A stretch of 64,000 nt of DNA from NCBI GenBank assembly GCA_951406725.2, contig OX597827.1:37696001-37760000 (forward strand), given 5' to 3'. Below are positions 1 through 15,974 of the stretch, one piece after another. The notes under the pieces are model-generated. The model ran no database searches, was not told where the DNA came from, and was given only the letters and a program-made list of their open reading frames with translations. The first letter of the stretch is position 1; every line of letters begins with the position of its first letter. The position numbers and the translations under genes are program-made. The stretch is from Octopus vulgaris (lineage: Eukaryota).

Positions 1-89
1 TTGGGCACGTGTCTTCAACTATAGCCTCAGCCCGATAAAAGCCTTGTGAGTGGTTGGACTTGGTAGACGGAAACTGAAAGAAGCCCGTC

Positions 90-90
<1 letters not shown>
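1..90 (+). mobile_element. Partial tRNA-derived SINE (window edge)
   Basis: Matches the head/core of the full SINE at 9283-9690 (gtgtcttc..ctatagcctc..gccttgtgagtg..ttggtagacggaaactgaaagaagcccgtc). Confidence 0.7.
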
Positions 91-158
<68 letters not shown>

Positions 159-306
159 GAAACTGCACCGTTATAACAGTAGGGTTGCAATTGCAACAGT
201 TACTAATCGACGCAGTAGAAACACGTGTAGGTCTATTTGAAGCTGTATATATGTGTGCGTGTATGTATATATATATGTGCGTGTGTGTGTCTGTGTGTGT
301 GTGTGT

Positions 307-590
307 ATCATCATCATCATTATCATCATTGTTCGACCGTGGTCGAGACAATGGAATTTACCATGCTACGCCAGACTTCACGGTCCATCATAGCATTACG
401 GAGGTCCTGTTGCTGGATGCCTGTATCCCTGAAGATTACATCAGGGTAGGAGAGTGTGCGCCCTCTGGTATTGCAAGTAGATGGCTTCCAGAGGAGAAGA
501 GTAGAAATTGCCTCGTTTTCAGCTCTACAACAATGTCCAGCAAACTGGACTCTCCTACCTTTCACAAGAGATGACACAGGTGGTAGTTTC
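307..590 (-). mobile_element. 3' end of a 5'-truncated RTE-clade LINE with (TGA)n tail
   Basis: Minus-strand translation [47 protein letters not shown] is typical of the RTE ORF C-terminus; the stop is followed by a (TGA)n tail. Confidence 0.8.
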
Positions 591-621
591 CCATATATTT
601 GCATTTGTATATATATGTGTG

Positions 622-657
<36 letters not shown>

Positions 658-1587
658 TGTATGTATGTATGTATGTATGTATGTATGTGTGCATATAATA
701 AAATTGCCAACTAAATGTGGCGGTCCCATAGAGGACGATGCTACTGTTGTTTCTAGCTCCGGCTGGCTTACGACACACTCTCTGTGTCCGATTAGTATTT
801 GCGAGGAGATATGTGTATGCATATTTATATACGTCACCATGTGTACGTGCCTGTGTGTAACGTATGTGTGTATGTGTCTGTGTTTATGTGCGTGCGTCGA
901 TGTGTGTGCGTGTCCGTGTACCGTTATGTGTGGGTGGGGTATGCGTGCGTGTTTGTGTGAGAGTACTACATAACTGTCTTTAGACGTTTTAAACGCGTTT
1001 TACAATTACAGAACATTGCATACATATTTTTTTTATTTCTCGCTAAGTTTAACTGGAGGTATGAAGCATCTCTTATATCCATTAACTGTTAAGTTCTCAC
1101 CAATATTATACAACAATGTATTAGTGATACCGAACATTATGTCGATGAACATTTAACTTCCTGTAACACCACTTCTTCATAAGAAGGCAACATCACAGTA
1201 ACAGAACATCCGTAGTTCTTATCGCGGTGCCATCACAATAACGTTCAAGTTAATAATTGTTCACTGGTCGCGCATTTAATTAATCTTATCGTAAGGAGTT
1301 CAGCTGTTTTCTGCGAAATATGTGAGCAGATGTGTGTGTGTGTGTATGTTGTATGTATATATATGTATGTATGCATGCATGTATGTATGTATGTATGTAT
1401 GTATGTATGTATGTATGTATGTATGTATGCATGTATGTATGTATGCATGTTTGTGTATACACACACACACACACACAAACACACAAACACACATACATAT
1501 ACAGATAGATAGATAGATAGATAGATGGATAGATAGATAGATAGATAGATAGATGGATGGATGGATGGATGGATGGATGGATGGATG

Positions 1588-1654
<67 letters not shown>

Positions 1655-1674
1655 GGATGGATGGATGGATGGAT

Positions 1675-1790
1675 GGAATTTACCATGCTACGCCAGACTT
1701 CACGGTCCATCATAGCATTACGGAGGTCCTGTTGCTGGATGCCTGTATCCCTGAAGATTACATCAGGGTAGGAGAGTGTGCGCCCTCTGG
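1675..1790 (-). mobile_element. ~115 bp duplicate of the RTE fragment embedded in (GATG)n
   Basis: Reads identical to 353-469. Confidence 0.85.
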
Positions 1791-1852
1791 ATGGATGGGT
1801 GGATGGATGGATGGATAGATAGATAGATAGATGGATAGATAGATAGATGGAC

Positions 1853-1925
<73 letters not shown>

Positions 1926-2173
1926 CACACACACGCGCGCATGTACATACATGTATGTATGTATGTAAGCTATACTTGTGAAAAATGTCTGTGTATGTGT
2001 GTATGCATGTTCTTGAAGGCGGTGGAGAAAGAAATAGCAAAGGTGATGTGAATGATATTTTCAACAGAGGGAAACAGGAAAACGCACACAGAGATGCCGA
2101 GATACAGAAGCACACAGACACGCACACACACACTCACGGGTGCGCACATGCATACATACATACATACATACAT

Positions 2174-2259
<86 letters not shown>

Positions 2260-3269
2260 GGCATATACACGCATATGCAAATACAAATACACTCAAAAAG
2301 AGATTTTAAAAAAGCAGGATTAGAGCTGAGGGAGAGATGCGTGTATGTACACACACATACATATCTGTGTGTGTGTGTGTGATTTTGTGGGGGTAATAAA
2401 AAGGGTAGGGGCAATGATATTTTGAACACACACAAATACATACATACATATATACATGCATGCATACATGCATACATGCATACATACATATATACGTACG
2501 TACATACATACATACGTACGTACGTACATACATACATACATACATACATACAAACATACATACATACATACATACATACATACATACATACATACATACA
2601 TACATACATACATACATACATACATACATACATACATACATACATACATACATACGTACGTACGTACGTACATACATACATACATACATACATACATACA
2701 TACATACATGCATACATGCATACATACATACATACATACATACATACATACATACATACATACATACATGCATACATACATACATACATACATACATACA
2801 TACATACATGCATGCATGCATGCATGCATACATACATACATACATACATACATACATACATACATACATACATACATACATACATACATACATACATACA
2901 CACGTGCAAACATGCAAACATGCAAAGAGAGATAAGGAGTAGAGAGAGCCTGAAAGATAGAGTGGGAATCGATAAGATTTTAAGAGAATTTTATACAATA
3001 CAGAGTCAAAAACTTTGTCTATGAATGAGCGATGTGCGAAACGTTGCATTTCAGTGGCGAACAGAGACGACCCGCAAACAGAAAACAGGTAAACTGCCGA
3101 GATAATGAGAGCCTCTACTTGGTCGCTCCCTTACCAGAAATAGCAACCAAATATTTCTCAAATGAAAACTTCGTCACCTTTAAAAAGCCAAAAGAACGAC
3201 ATATCGGAAAATGTTATTCCAGATGAGTAAAACTTGATGCTTACAGTTGAAATACCATTGATCGGTATA

Positions 3270-3547
3270 ATAATAGTTGTTGACTACTATTGTTGTATCA
3301 AGAAGGAAGACAACTCTGTTCATGTTTCTACCTTATTATGATTTCATCAATAAACCAATAGATCGGTGTTCAGTTTATGTTAACACATTTAATAGAAAGA
3401 ATAATAAAAATTTAACTGGAAATGATAATCATAATCATCATTATGGAAAAAAAATAATAGTTGTTGACTACTATTGTTGTATCAAGAAAGAAGACAACTC
3501 TGAACATGTTTCTACCTTATTCTGATTTCATCAATAAACCAATAGAT
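3270..3547 (+). repeat. Direct repeat of ~95 bp (3270-3363 and 3453-3547)
   Basis: ataatagttgttgactactattgttgtatcaagaa..ttcatcaataaaccaatagat occurs twice. Confidence 0.85.
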
Positions 3548-4021
3548 ACCACTGTATTTGCCGAAGTAATAACAACTGGTTCACTAAGTTAATGGATAAT
3601 AAAGAACCAGGGTATCTTTAGGAAAATATTGATGTTAAGAGAATAATTTACTGTTAAACACCATTGCATGAAAAGCAATATTTTAGTTAACGTTAATATG
3701 ATTAATAGTGCAAAGAGAAAGGAAAAAATCAAGCTAAAAGTACATTTTGTGATAAGAAAAAGTGATAATATTATCACTGGGCTTACCCGGGGGTAAATAA
3801 CAACAGACGGACTTACTTCCGAAAGATATAGCTTGGCAGATAGACAGTTAGAAAAACTGGTAAGGACTGGTGTTAGACAGAGAGAAAAACTTCAAACTAA
3901 GGTGGAAAGGGGGAGAGAGTGTTAGAGAGAGAGGGGGGGCTTCTGGTAAAGAGGGAGGAAACTGGAGAAAGTATGAAAGTATGGATGGATGGATGGATGG
4001 ATGGATGGATGGATGGATATA

Positions 4022-4325
4022 AAAATGGCACTCCGTCGGTTACGACGACGAGGTTTCAGTTGAGCCTACTCGTGAACTTCATGTTCAAGTGGTTGAGTAC
4101 TCCACATACACGCGTGCCCTTAACGTGGTTCTCAGGGAGATTCAGTGTCACACAGAATGTGACAAGGCTGGCCTTTGAAATACAGATACAACACATTATT
4201 GCCAGCTGAGTAGACTGGAGCAACGTGAAATAAAGTGTCTTGCTCAAGGACAACGCACCGCTGGAAATCGAACGCACGTCCTTACAATCGTGAGCCGAAT
4301 ACCTTAACCACTTGGTCACACACCT
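4022..4325 (-). mobile_element. tRNA-derived SINE
   Basis: Minus strand has gtggttaaggtattcggctcacgattgtaagg..gttcgatt (A/B-box-like); homologous to 7420-7715 and 35385-35690. Confidence 0.8.
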
Positions 4326-4328
4326 TTA

Positions 4329-4402
<74 letters not shown>

Positions 4403-4871
4403 CGTACATACACAGTAAAAATTCTCTATGCATGCATGTATATGTTAGATTGCTTGAGACCACTGCTGATAACATGTAAGTCTGTAATCCTATTGTATGG
4501 TCTGGACATTGGTGCATGAACTGGTAACCCTGAAATGCTTGTTTGGTGAGCAGGGGAATTTAGGAACCCTGCAGGATGAAAAACAAACCTGTCAAAGAAT
4601 GGATAAACTCCAGGAAGTCAATGACCATCCAGTAATGTGTATCTATGCTCACTGTGTGGGTGACTCGTGATATGCTTTCATTTATTCAAATGAAACATGG
4701 AAGAAATAAGTAAATTTCATCTCCGCGGATTCGAGGTTGGTGGCCGCAGGTTAATGGTGCATGTGGTTATATACTGTCATGCTGGGATAGAAGCTATGAT
4801 GGAGGGCAAATATCTAGTACAAAGTTTTATGATCTGAACACACCACATTAGATGGTAATGAGAGGTCTGGA

Positions 4872-5068
4872 GAAGGCGGTGAGCTGGCGAAATGCTTAGC
4901 GGCACTTCGTCTGTCATTACGCTTTGAGTTCAAATACAACCGAGGTCGACTTCGCCTTTCATCTTTTCGGGGTCGTTAAAATAAGTATCAGTTGAGCATT
5001 AAGGTCGATTTAATCGACTAGCCCCCACCCCAAACTGGCTGGCCTAGTACCAAAATTTGAAATCAATC
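4872..5068 (+). mobile_element. SINE (gagttcaaattccgccgaggtcgac family)
   Basis: Homologous to 19420-19630, 15975-16600 and 32143-32290. Confidence 0.75.
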
Positions 5069-5567
5069 TCTTTAACTATTTTAGTAGTCACTTATATTCG
5101 TATAAAAGTTCAGTTGTCTAGATTATCTTGCCATAGGGCATACTGTATAAGAAGGAAAGAGTGAGTGTGCGCAACTCTTTCTCACTTTAAAATACACTTT
5201 CATTACTTTAGCATCTATGTCTAGCGGGGCACAAATTTTACAGACCCCAACTGAAAGGTCAAATAGTTTTGTTGTGGAGGCTGGGATATTTCTGTACGTC
5301 TGCAACAATGAAATAGCGCCACGTCCGTAGTTTCAGGCGCGCAGGTGTAACACGTGCAGCTACACCGGCGTCTTTCTGACCCCGCCACCACATGATTGTG
5401 TTCCTTGTTGAAGTGATGTGCAATCAGTCGAAGTTTTCACTGATTATTGATATTTGAAACTTCTTGGAACCACAAACAGCAACCTTCCATTACAACAGTT
5501 GAAATAACAATGTTGAGGTAGCTTCAAGCACACGGAAGGTCATCTACACAAATTTATTCAGACATAT

Positions 5568-5611
<44 letters not shown>

Positions 5612-5954
5612 GCACACACACACACACATGTATATCGTAATATGTAGATACAATCGTATATGTTACCGTCTTTATTTCTTTGTTTTGCCAGAGGCAGCTA
5701 TGATTCTTTGGTCCCCTTTATAGATGTGTTCTTTGTTTAGGTCGCGTATAGTTAAACTCATTATCTTCATTGAGCACAAAAAAAAGCGAAAATAACTTTA
5801 AGCATCCTTCTTTTTCTCTTCTTTTATTTATTTTTGCCAGCTGTTAGGTCAGCGTCAACTTTGACGGACAAACTTTCATTATTGCCATGTATGCATACAT
5901 ATATGTATATGTGTGTGTGTGTGTTTGTGTGTATGTGTACATGTGTGTACATGC

Positions 5955-6007
<53 letters not shown>

Positions 6008-6153
6008 CGTGTATAGAGGTTTCTACACAATAAATTGAATTAATTAAATTAAGTTACTGTATAATGACGGCTTTAAACTCCCAAATGAATTGAATACTTT
6101 CGTTTGTTGAATTATATTAAAACAGTAGCAGTGTGTGCGTAACCACGCAGAAG

Positions 6154-6234
<81 letters not shown>

Positions 6235-6317
6235 TGAGGGGGGAGAAATATACAGCAAGAAAGAATGGAAGAAACAAAGAAGGTAACATATGCGATTATA
6301 TCTACATATTACGATAT

Positions 6318-6415
<98 letters not shown>

Positions 6416-6660
6416 AAATGTCTGAATATATTTGTGTAGATGACCAATTCGATGGATTGATATTCCGTAGTGATGAAACGCTGCTCTTTCTTAAAGTCCA
6501 CTTCAGTTCCCATGTGATGCACATCTCTGGTGGGTATTTTGTTCCGTTATTTCTTTTGCTCTTTAAAATCGATTTGTTTCACTTTTTTCTATGTAATATT
6601 AACCCTGACATTAACTATAGAACTATAATTGCAGTCTACAGCATAAGGCGCAAAGAAGGT

Positions 6661-6721
<61 letters not shown>

Positions 6722-7419
6722 GAGAGACACAAACACATGGCCATATATACCCAAACACCACACGCACGCGTACTCACAAAGATACATATAGAGATACATC
6801 CATACATAGACGGACGTACATAATTACGCAAATTCATATACATAGACACACTCAAACACGCACACGCAAGGAAGCAGAGGTACACATACAAATGCACACA
6901 ACTACATACACACACAAGCACGAACGCACACACAAACACATGAATATGCAGAAAGCATACATACGTACGTACGTACGTACATACATATATACAAACATAC
7001 GTACGCACGCACGCACACACATACATACATACATACATACATACATACATACATACATACATGCATGCATGCATGCATACATACATACATACATACATGC
7101 ATGCATGCATGCATACATACATACATACATACATACATACATACATACATACATACATACATACATACATACACAAGCACACGCACGCTGACGCACACAC
7201 TCACACGCACGCGACAAAATCTCAAACAGACAAAAAGATCGCAGCTCTGATAACGGACACGAACAGACTCAACATTCATTGACAAGGTTGCAAAAGCGAC
7301 GAAAATTTTTGGCGTACATGAAAAAAAAATAATAAATGAGAGGAAATTGAAAACCGGTGAGTATGTTAGATATCAAGGTAGTATGACTCTCCCTAGACTC
7401 AACAAAATATACATACATA

Positions 7420-7715
7420 ACTGGCACTCCTTCAGTTACGACCAGTTGACCCGATCAAGGGAACAGCCTGCTCCTGAAATTAACGTGCAAGTGGCTGAGC
7501 ACTCCACAGACACGAGCACACTTGACGTAGGTCTCAGGAAGATTCAGCGTGACACAGAGTGTGACAAGGCTGGCCCTTTGAAATACAGGCACTACTCATT
7601 TTTGCCAGCTGAGTGGACTGGAGCAACGTGAAAAAGAAATTGTCTTGCTCAAGGAGACAGTGCGTCGTCTGGAATTGAACTCACGACCTTACAATCGTGA
7701 GCCGAATACCCTAAC
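7420..7715 (-). mobile_element. tRNA-derived SINE
   Basis: Homologous to 4022-4325. Confidence 0.8.
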
Positions 7716-7832
7716 ACATATATATATATAGATAGATATATATTTAAATAATATATATGTATGCATATATACATACATGTACATACTTACACATATATGT
7801 ATATACATATGCATATATGGGTACAGGACGTC

Positions 7833-7868
<36 letters not shown>

Positions 7869-8098
7869 TGTATGTATGCATGTATATATGTCCGTATGTA
7901 TATATTTATGTATGTATGTATGTATCTATATATGTATGTATGTATGTATGTATATATATATATATGTATGTATGTATGTATGTATCTATATATGTATGTA
8001 TGTATCTATATATGTATGTATGTATGTATCTATATATGTATGTATGTATGTATCTATATATGTATGTATGTATCTATATATGTATGTATGTATGTATC

Positions 8099-8132
<34 letters not shown>

Positions 8133-8590
8133 TGTATGTATGTATGTATGTATGTATGTATGTATGTATGTATATATGTATGTATCAGGCATGTGCCGTC
8201 AGTAATTATTCAGGGTAGGCAGTTGGTGACGTTTATGTAGTAAAACACACAAAAAAATAAGCAAAACACAGGCGTATGACTGAGTTATAGGCAAATTTAC
8301 CTCTGCTTTTATAGCTCATAAAGAAAACATTGTTGTAGGAATGTACGCAGCACATGTACTACAGTAGTCCTATGCAGGGATAAATTATGCCTACATAATC
8401 TACAAAAAATATGTTTTGTATTTTATGTATAGTATTCAGAGTAACCTTCATAATTTTATTGAAATCGGTGCATATTTTGCCATAAAAGGAAAACGTTACT
8501 ATCGATCTATTTTATTCAGGTTAGGCACAGCCTACCTTGCCGATCTAGGCTGCACGTCCCTGTTATGTGAGTGTGTGTGTGTGTGTGAGT

Positions 8591-8646
<56 letters not shown>

Positions 8647-9220
8647 TTATATCGCTTCCTTCGAGTGTAGACGGCTTTTCTGTGCCTCCACCGTTCTCAA
8701 AAAAAAGCGTTCGTAATATTTTCTCTCGTTTGGCTTAACAGCCCTCCTTGTATGTGTTACTGTTATTCTCCTTGTCCTGTCTTTTACTATTTATATTTTG
8801 TACTGTCTTTACTGTCCTGTTTTTGTTACCATTTTTACCCCTCCGCAAAAAAATCTCAAATTTTATTTAATTTGCCTTTTGCGGGAAGGAATGTTTCACC
8901 GAAGTCGTGTCTCGCCTTTACCTCCGAAATGCGGAGTAGATGAAACAGAGACGACAGAAGAAGGGGAATTTTCCTTGTGTTCTATGTCCTGTACTCTATT
9001 TTTTCGTTGTTTAAGAAAAATGTCCATTTCCTTGCTTTTGTGTTTATGTTTTCGTTTCTCATTGTGTTCGACGTTTTTTTGATGTCCTGTACCCATATAT
9101 GCATGTATATATACATGTAGATGTAGGTACGTACATATATGTATGTATATATGCATATGTTTTATTTATTAATTTGTTTTTATACGACAGAACGCACGCA
9201 TCCCTTTCTAAGTAAGTTTG

Positions 9221-9278
<58 letters not shown>

Positions 9279-9282
9279 GAAT

Positions 9283-9691
9283 GCAGGAGTGGCTATGTTG
9301 TATGTAGCTTGCTTACCAGCCACAAGGTTCCGGGTTCATTCCCTCTGCGTATCACCTTGGGCAAGTGTCTTCCACTATAGCCTCGGGCCGACCGAAGCCT
9401 TGTGAGTGAATTTGGTAAACGGAAACTGAAAGAAGCCCGTCGTATATATGTATATATATATATATATGCATGTGTGTATATATGTTTGTGTATCTGTGTT
9501 TTCCCACCAACTTCACTTGACAACCGATGGTGGTGTGTTTACGTCCCCGTAACTTAGCGGTTCGGCAAAAGAGACCTATAGAATAAGTACTAAGCTTACA
9601 AAGAATAAGTCCTAGGATCCATTTGCTCGACTAAAGGCGGTGCTCCAGCACGGCCGCGGTCAAATGACTGAAACAAGTAAAAGAGTAAAGA

Positions 9692-9695
<4 letters not shown>
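9283..9695 (+). mobile_element. Full-length tRNA-derived SINE with internal (TA/TG)n and (AAAGAGTA)n tail
   Basis: gcaggagtggct..ccgggttcattccc head, conserved core and agtaaaagagtaaagagta tail; homologous to 18308-18745 and 26400-26715. Confidence 0.85.
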
Positions 9696-9741
<46 letters not shown>

Positions 9742-10227
9742 GTATATATAAGCACACATACACACACTCACATGTATGCCTATGACAGTATGTATGTATG
9801 CGTACATATGTATTGAAATAAAATGCTAGAGGCGCGCGTGCGCACGTGGGGGAATGATCCTAGCAAAACCAAAACGAATGAAATATTTTTCATGAGACAA
9901 ACAGACAGACATTCCTCCTTGAAACTCACTATCCCATTCACTTGTTCCTCTCTGACATTTCACAAGAATTTCAACACAACTTTTACTCAAATGTTGCTTT
10001 GGAGATTGGTTTATTCATTCAATCATTGTCGTCATCATCTCCCCCATCACCAACATCATCAACAACAACAACAGCGTCGTCATCAACAATAACAGCAATT
10101 ATATTACAACTGTCAATACTAATAATCTTGATGTTGTTAGCTGCGCTCATCGACGTTATTGGTCTTCTAAATTCTGCTGGCATTGTCAATATAATTAATT
10201 GGTTCGGAGAAATAATGATGACATCAT

Positions 10228-10292
10228 GGTGATGGTGGTGGTGGTGGTGGTGATGGTCGTCGTCGTCATTGTCGTTGTCATCGTCGTGGTTG

Positions 10293-10346
<54 letters not shown>

Positions 10347-10361
10347 CGACGATGATGGTGG

Positions 10362-10456
<95 letters not shown>

Positions 10457-10470
10457 GCGAGGATGAGTAT
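10228..10470. repeat. (GAT)n/(GGT)n trinucleotide microsatellite
   Basis: Direct; source of the poly-Met pseudo-ORF. Confidence 0.95.
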
Positions 10471-10779
10471 GATGAGTGGAGTAATAAAAATAATTATTGC
10501 TTACATTTTTGTTCTCTTCCTATATATATTAGCACCTTCCTACATTAGAGAACGAAGAACGGAAGTAGTGTAATTTCCTTTCAATATCTCATTTGACAAT
10601 ATATCATATCAATTCTGTAATGTCACAAGTTCCTTCTATGAACGCATTTACATACGCATGTGTGCCTGTATGTATATATTATGAGTATGTGCGCGTGTGT
10701 ATTTGCGTGTGTGTCTGCGTGCATGTGCTTATACATGAGTGTTCTTATGTATGTACGTATGTATGTATATATGTATGTA

Positions 10780-10817
<38 letters not shown>

Positions 10818-11147
10818 AAATAAGAAAATGGAGAAATACATCTAAATCAAATATCAATTACCAGATAATACTCAATCACATACTTTATTAAACCACCACA
10901 TAAGAAACTATAGGGTTAAACATAAAAAAGTAGAGCAAAACAGTGTACATAAAGGAGTATACATAAAAAAGTGTACATAAAAGAGTAATGTTATACAACA
11001 AGTAGAATATATATAAGAGAATATAAATATAAGTAAATATAAATATAAATATAGATTACATCTTACTACTGTTTCGGCCAGTATATTGGATATATGTTAT
11101 CCCATGGATGTTTGCATTTACAGCCCCTATCTCAATTTGTATATATT

Positions 11148-11169
<22 letters not shown>

Positions 11170-11178
<9 letters not shown>

Positions 11179-11500
11179 AATCCAAACGGGAAACAAAAAA
11201 ACAACAACAAGGGAACAATTACAGTATTATTATTAATAGGCGCTCAGGAAATGGAAGCAGGAAGGTATGACGTTTCGAGCGGAGCTCTTCGTCGGAAACA
11301 TAAAGAAGGAAGAGAGAGTATATATATAGTTGAAATTTATAGAAAAACAAAAGACAGGTGTAGGAACAACAAGTGTATTAGTTTGACGTTCGGGGAAAGT
11401 GAGAAAAGTCTTTTACGTTTCGAGCCTACGCTCTTCAATAGAAAGGAATAAGAGAAAATATACTGGGAGAGAATGAAAAAAATTGTAGATTTCAACTGTC
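11170..11500 (-). mobile_element. Interspersed repeat carrying a GAAGAGC-N-GCTCGAAACGT motif (possibly Penelope-like termini)
   Basis: Motif at ~11270-11300 and ~11415-11440 (minus); same family at 12470-12650 and 23520-23645 (plus). Confidence 0.5.
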
Positions 11501-12415
11501 CAACATGGCAAATAATTGGGAAAAAAGAGGTTGAAAGAAAGAATGATAATAATAAAAAAGAGCTTGAATGAATTGGAGATAAGGAAGAATGAGTGGGAGA
11601 TAGTGCTTCTGATCCAAGAGAAAGTGTGCGTTTGTGAGTGTGTATGTGAGAATCGCTAGAAATGAGAGCCAAAATTTAACTCGAATAGCCACACAAAAGC
11701 ACTAACCTCATGAAATATTCGGGACTACGAGCAGCAAGTTATAACATCTTTCCTTGGCGAGATGCACTCGCAGAATGAGGTAGTTTGATAAAATGCTAAT
11801 GCGTAATTTCGAAATTTGATCAACAGAATTTAGTTTCTCATCAGATTTTTCTACAATTACTTCGAGTTAAGAAATAGCCTGCCTCCCATTCGTTCGTGAC
11901 AAAAACCTTTGAAAAGCGAGCGCTAAAATCGAAAACTGTTAAAGTGTATAGTAACATACTATAAGTTATTATAATAATATACTATGATAATATATTAAGA
12001 TATATTAAATACATAATAATATAGGTGGCTATAGCGATTAAAACCAAACAGGTAAAATTAATAAATGAGGATGCAAAATAGCACCTACTATTGCCAGAAA
12101 TGAGAGCTTAAATTTAAATATATGTATAGATTTACATATTAGTGTATATTATACACAGGCACACACACACACGCACGTACACCCTTACATACACACATGT
12201 ATGTATGTATGTATGTATGTATGTATGTATGTATGTATGTATGTATGTATGTATGTATGTATGTATGTGTTTGTGTCTAAAGGTTAAAGACCCCTTCGGC
12301 CACGTATAACTATGGAATTACACCTAGAAAAGCTACCACCGCTTTCACTTATATATTGTTCCTTGAAGGGGTCTTTCTAGGTGCAACCCCATGATCATTA
12401 ATGATCGAAGGAGGG

Positions 12416-12463
<48 letters not shown>

Positions 12464-12646
12464 GATAGATCAGTAGCCACTACATACATTTTTTTCTCAC
12501 CTTGTTTCTTTCTGTGTTCCTTTCTGTGGAAGAGCGTAGGCTAGAAACGTTAAAGACTTTTTCAATTCCCGAGCGTTACACGAATACATCTGTTTGTTTT
12601 CTACACCACCTGTCTTCGTCTTTTGTTTTTTTTCGTGAATTCTCCC

Positions 12647-12694
<48 letters not shown>

Positions 12695-12780
12695 TCAACA
12701 ATTGAGGGTAAAATTAATTAATTAATCAATTTCACCAAGTGTTCAGTATGTAAAAGGACCATTTAAGGCGAATTCAAAAT

Positions 12781-13037
12781 ATTACATTATATAATTAGGG
12801 CTTAGTAAAATAAATTACTTTGCCACATACTGAACTTAGTAGAAATAGCAGCCAAAAAAATTTTCTTAGCATTTCTACTACTTAAAGAAAACATTATCTG
12901 AGAGAAACATTATCTGAGAGAAATTTTCTTTAAGTAGTAGAAATGCTAAGAAATTTTTTTTTTTGGCTGCTATTTCTACTAAGTTCAGTATGTGGCAAAG
13001 TAATTTATTTTACTAAGCCCTAATTATATAATGTAAT
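12781..13037. repeat. Near-perfect inverted repeat (~111 bp arms) around a duplicated 16 bp spacer
   Basis: 12781-12891 is the reverse complement of 12924-13037. Confidence 0.9.
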
Positions 13038-13081
13038 ATATATATAATTATATATAAATATATATATATAATTATATATAA

Positions 13082-13200
<119 letters not shown>

Positions 13201-13394
13201 GATGGCTTGTTACCAAAAGACAACAGTACGCTTGTGTCACATAGCCAACTGGAAACGGTGTTTCCTGGGGCTAAATGGCAGTTGCATTCTTCCCCTTACT
13301 GGGACTGCCACAATAAGTTGGCAACAAACCATCACTTTATTGAACTGCTACTATATAAATCTGAGAGATTTAGAAATGTAATATTTCTGATTTA

Positions 13395-13440
<46 letters not shown>

Positions 13441-13479
13441 ATATATATATATCACCTTGTTTAGTAAAATGGCTTCGAT

Positions 13480-14235
<756 letters not shown>

Positions 14236-14397
14236 TTCTCTTGGCACCCCGCCCCTCGTAGGTCTTCCCCGTTTCACATTCCTTAGCCCAGTTACCAATT
14301 TCTTTTTATACTAATGAAACCAATGTATTTCGTTTAGAAAGAGGAGGACACTGTACATGTCTATGTGTTGTACGTGAGTTTATGTACGTGTGTGTGC

Positions 14398-14438
<41 letters not shown>

Positions 14439-14648
14439 CGTACGTACGTCAAACTTCTAAACCATTTTCGTCAGACAAAATGATTTAAAAATGTATTGTC
14501 CAGCCTCGGGCTATAACAGAAGGGTACAATATAATTGCTGAAAATTCCGCGTGCGAGAAATATACCTAGAACTACGTGTTTTCCGAGCGAACACCTTAAC
14601 CACATAGCTATATCTGCACCATTTATCTACGTGTATCTGTATGTATGT

Positions 14649-14690
<42 letters not shown>

Positions 14691-15974
14691 CAGAGAGAGA
14701 GAGTGTGTGTGTGTGTGGATACGCATATTCATATGTATACGTGTGTTTCTAATATATGAGGCAATTGAAACACTAGACGGATGCCAAAGACAACAATTAT
14801 TACTATTGTTCTTGTAATTGTTGTTATTCTTGTTGTCATTGAGGTTTTCTCTTGTTTCATAGCATAATAATCTACAAGTAATCGATACAGAGACATTATT
14901 TGGCCCTGAACACAATGCATCGTAATTTCTAGTATTGTGTTATTTTCAAGGCAATCGATTAGTCAAGGATAGAAACACAGTTCACATTTAACATCAGAGA
15001 AAATTCTAAACGTTTTAAAAGCTTTCATTTATTTCCTTTTCTTTATTTTTTTATTATCTTCCCACAGCCTTCTGCTTAAAACTTTTTTTCTATTTCTATT
15101 TTAGCAGTAGGAGTCATAAGGCCGGTTCGCCCGTTGTAGGTTCAAGGCCGGCAATTTTTAGAGGAGTCGATTACAACGATTCCGGTACTTGTCTAGTACT
15201 TTATTTTATCTACCCTGAAGGAATAAATTGCAGAGTTGCCCTCGAGGGCGGACGGGGGTTACTTCAGAACGTAAAGAGCCGAAAGAAATGCTGCTAAGCA
15301 TCTTGTCCAAGGTGCTAACGATTCTGCCATCTCACCATCTTTCTATTTAAAGCTTTTTTTTTTTTTTGTCAAATTCGAAATCGCATAAATGTATTTATGC
15401 GGTTTCAAATTCCGGTAGGCAACTCTTCTATTCAATGGTTTTATAGGAAATCTATAATTCCTTTGTCGGTTATATCCTGCTTTCACAGGATATTGAAAAT
15501 GTATAATTCTTTTGTCGGTTATATCCTGCTTTTACAAAGCAATTTGTTGCTCAGTTTTATAACATTTCTGATGTGATTTGGAGCATTCTAAAATGTTGTA
15601 AATATGCTCTGATTGGACAGGTCTATGACCAAGAGTATTTCAAGCCTCGTATTAACATATTTGCTGGCATTCTATAACAAGGACATCCTTCTTTTTCTAA
15701 TATAGTAGAATGTATGATCGAGAAATATTTAGCTACTGTCGAGCAGTTCAAGGGAGAGCGTAAAGGTTCCCTCTTTGGTGCAAATGTTTATTGGAATGGT
15801 AATGTTTTGGTTAAGATCCACAAGGAAATAGATTTATTTTCCTGCTTTTCTTTATGTTCATCAGACATAGTGCTCTATACATTACTGGTACTCTTCTCAC
15901 TTCCAAACCCTAATCATAACCTACTGTTTGCTTATTATCATATTTTATATTTTATTATTTATTGTTGTATCGGA

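Larger units (their letters stand above)
91..2900. repeat. Compound microsatellite field: (TG)n, (TATG)n, (GATA)n, (GATG)n, (CATA)n
   Basis: Directly visible; accounts for the HTYI/MYVC/YLSI pseudo-ORFs. Confidence 0.95.

Noticed and set aside
2385-2403. gtgggggtaataaaaa resembling the array 3' tail
   Set aside because: Lacks the upstream GCCCCTT and tgtcc motifs; likely chance
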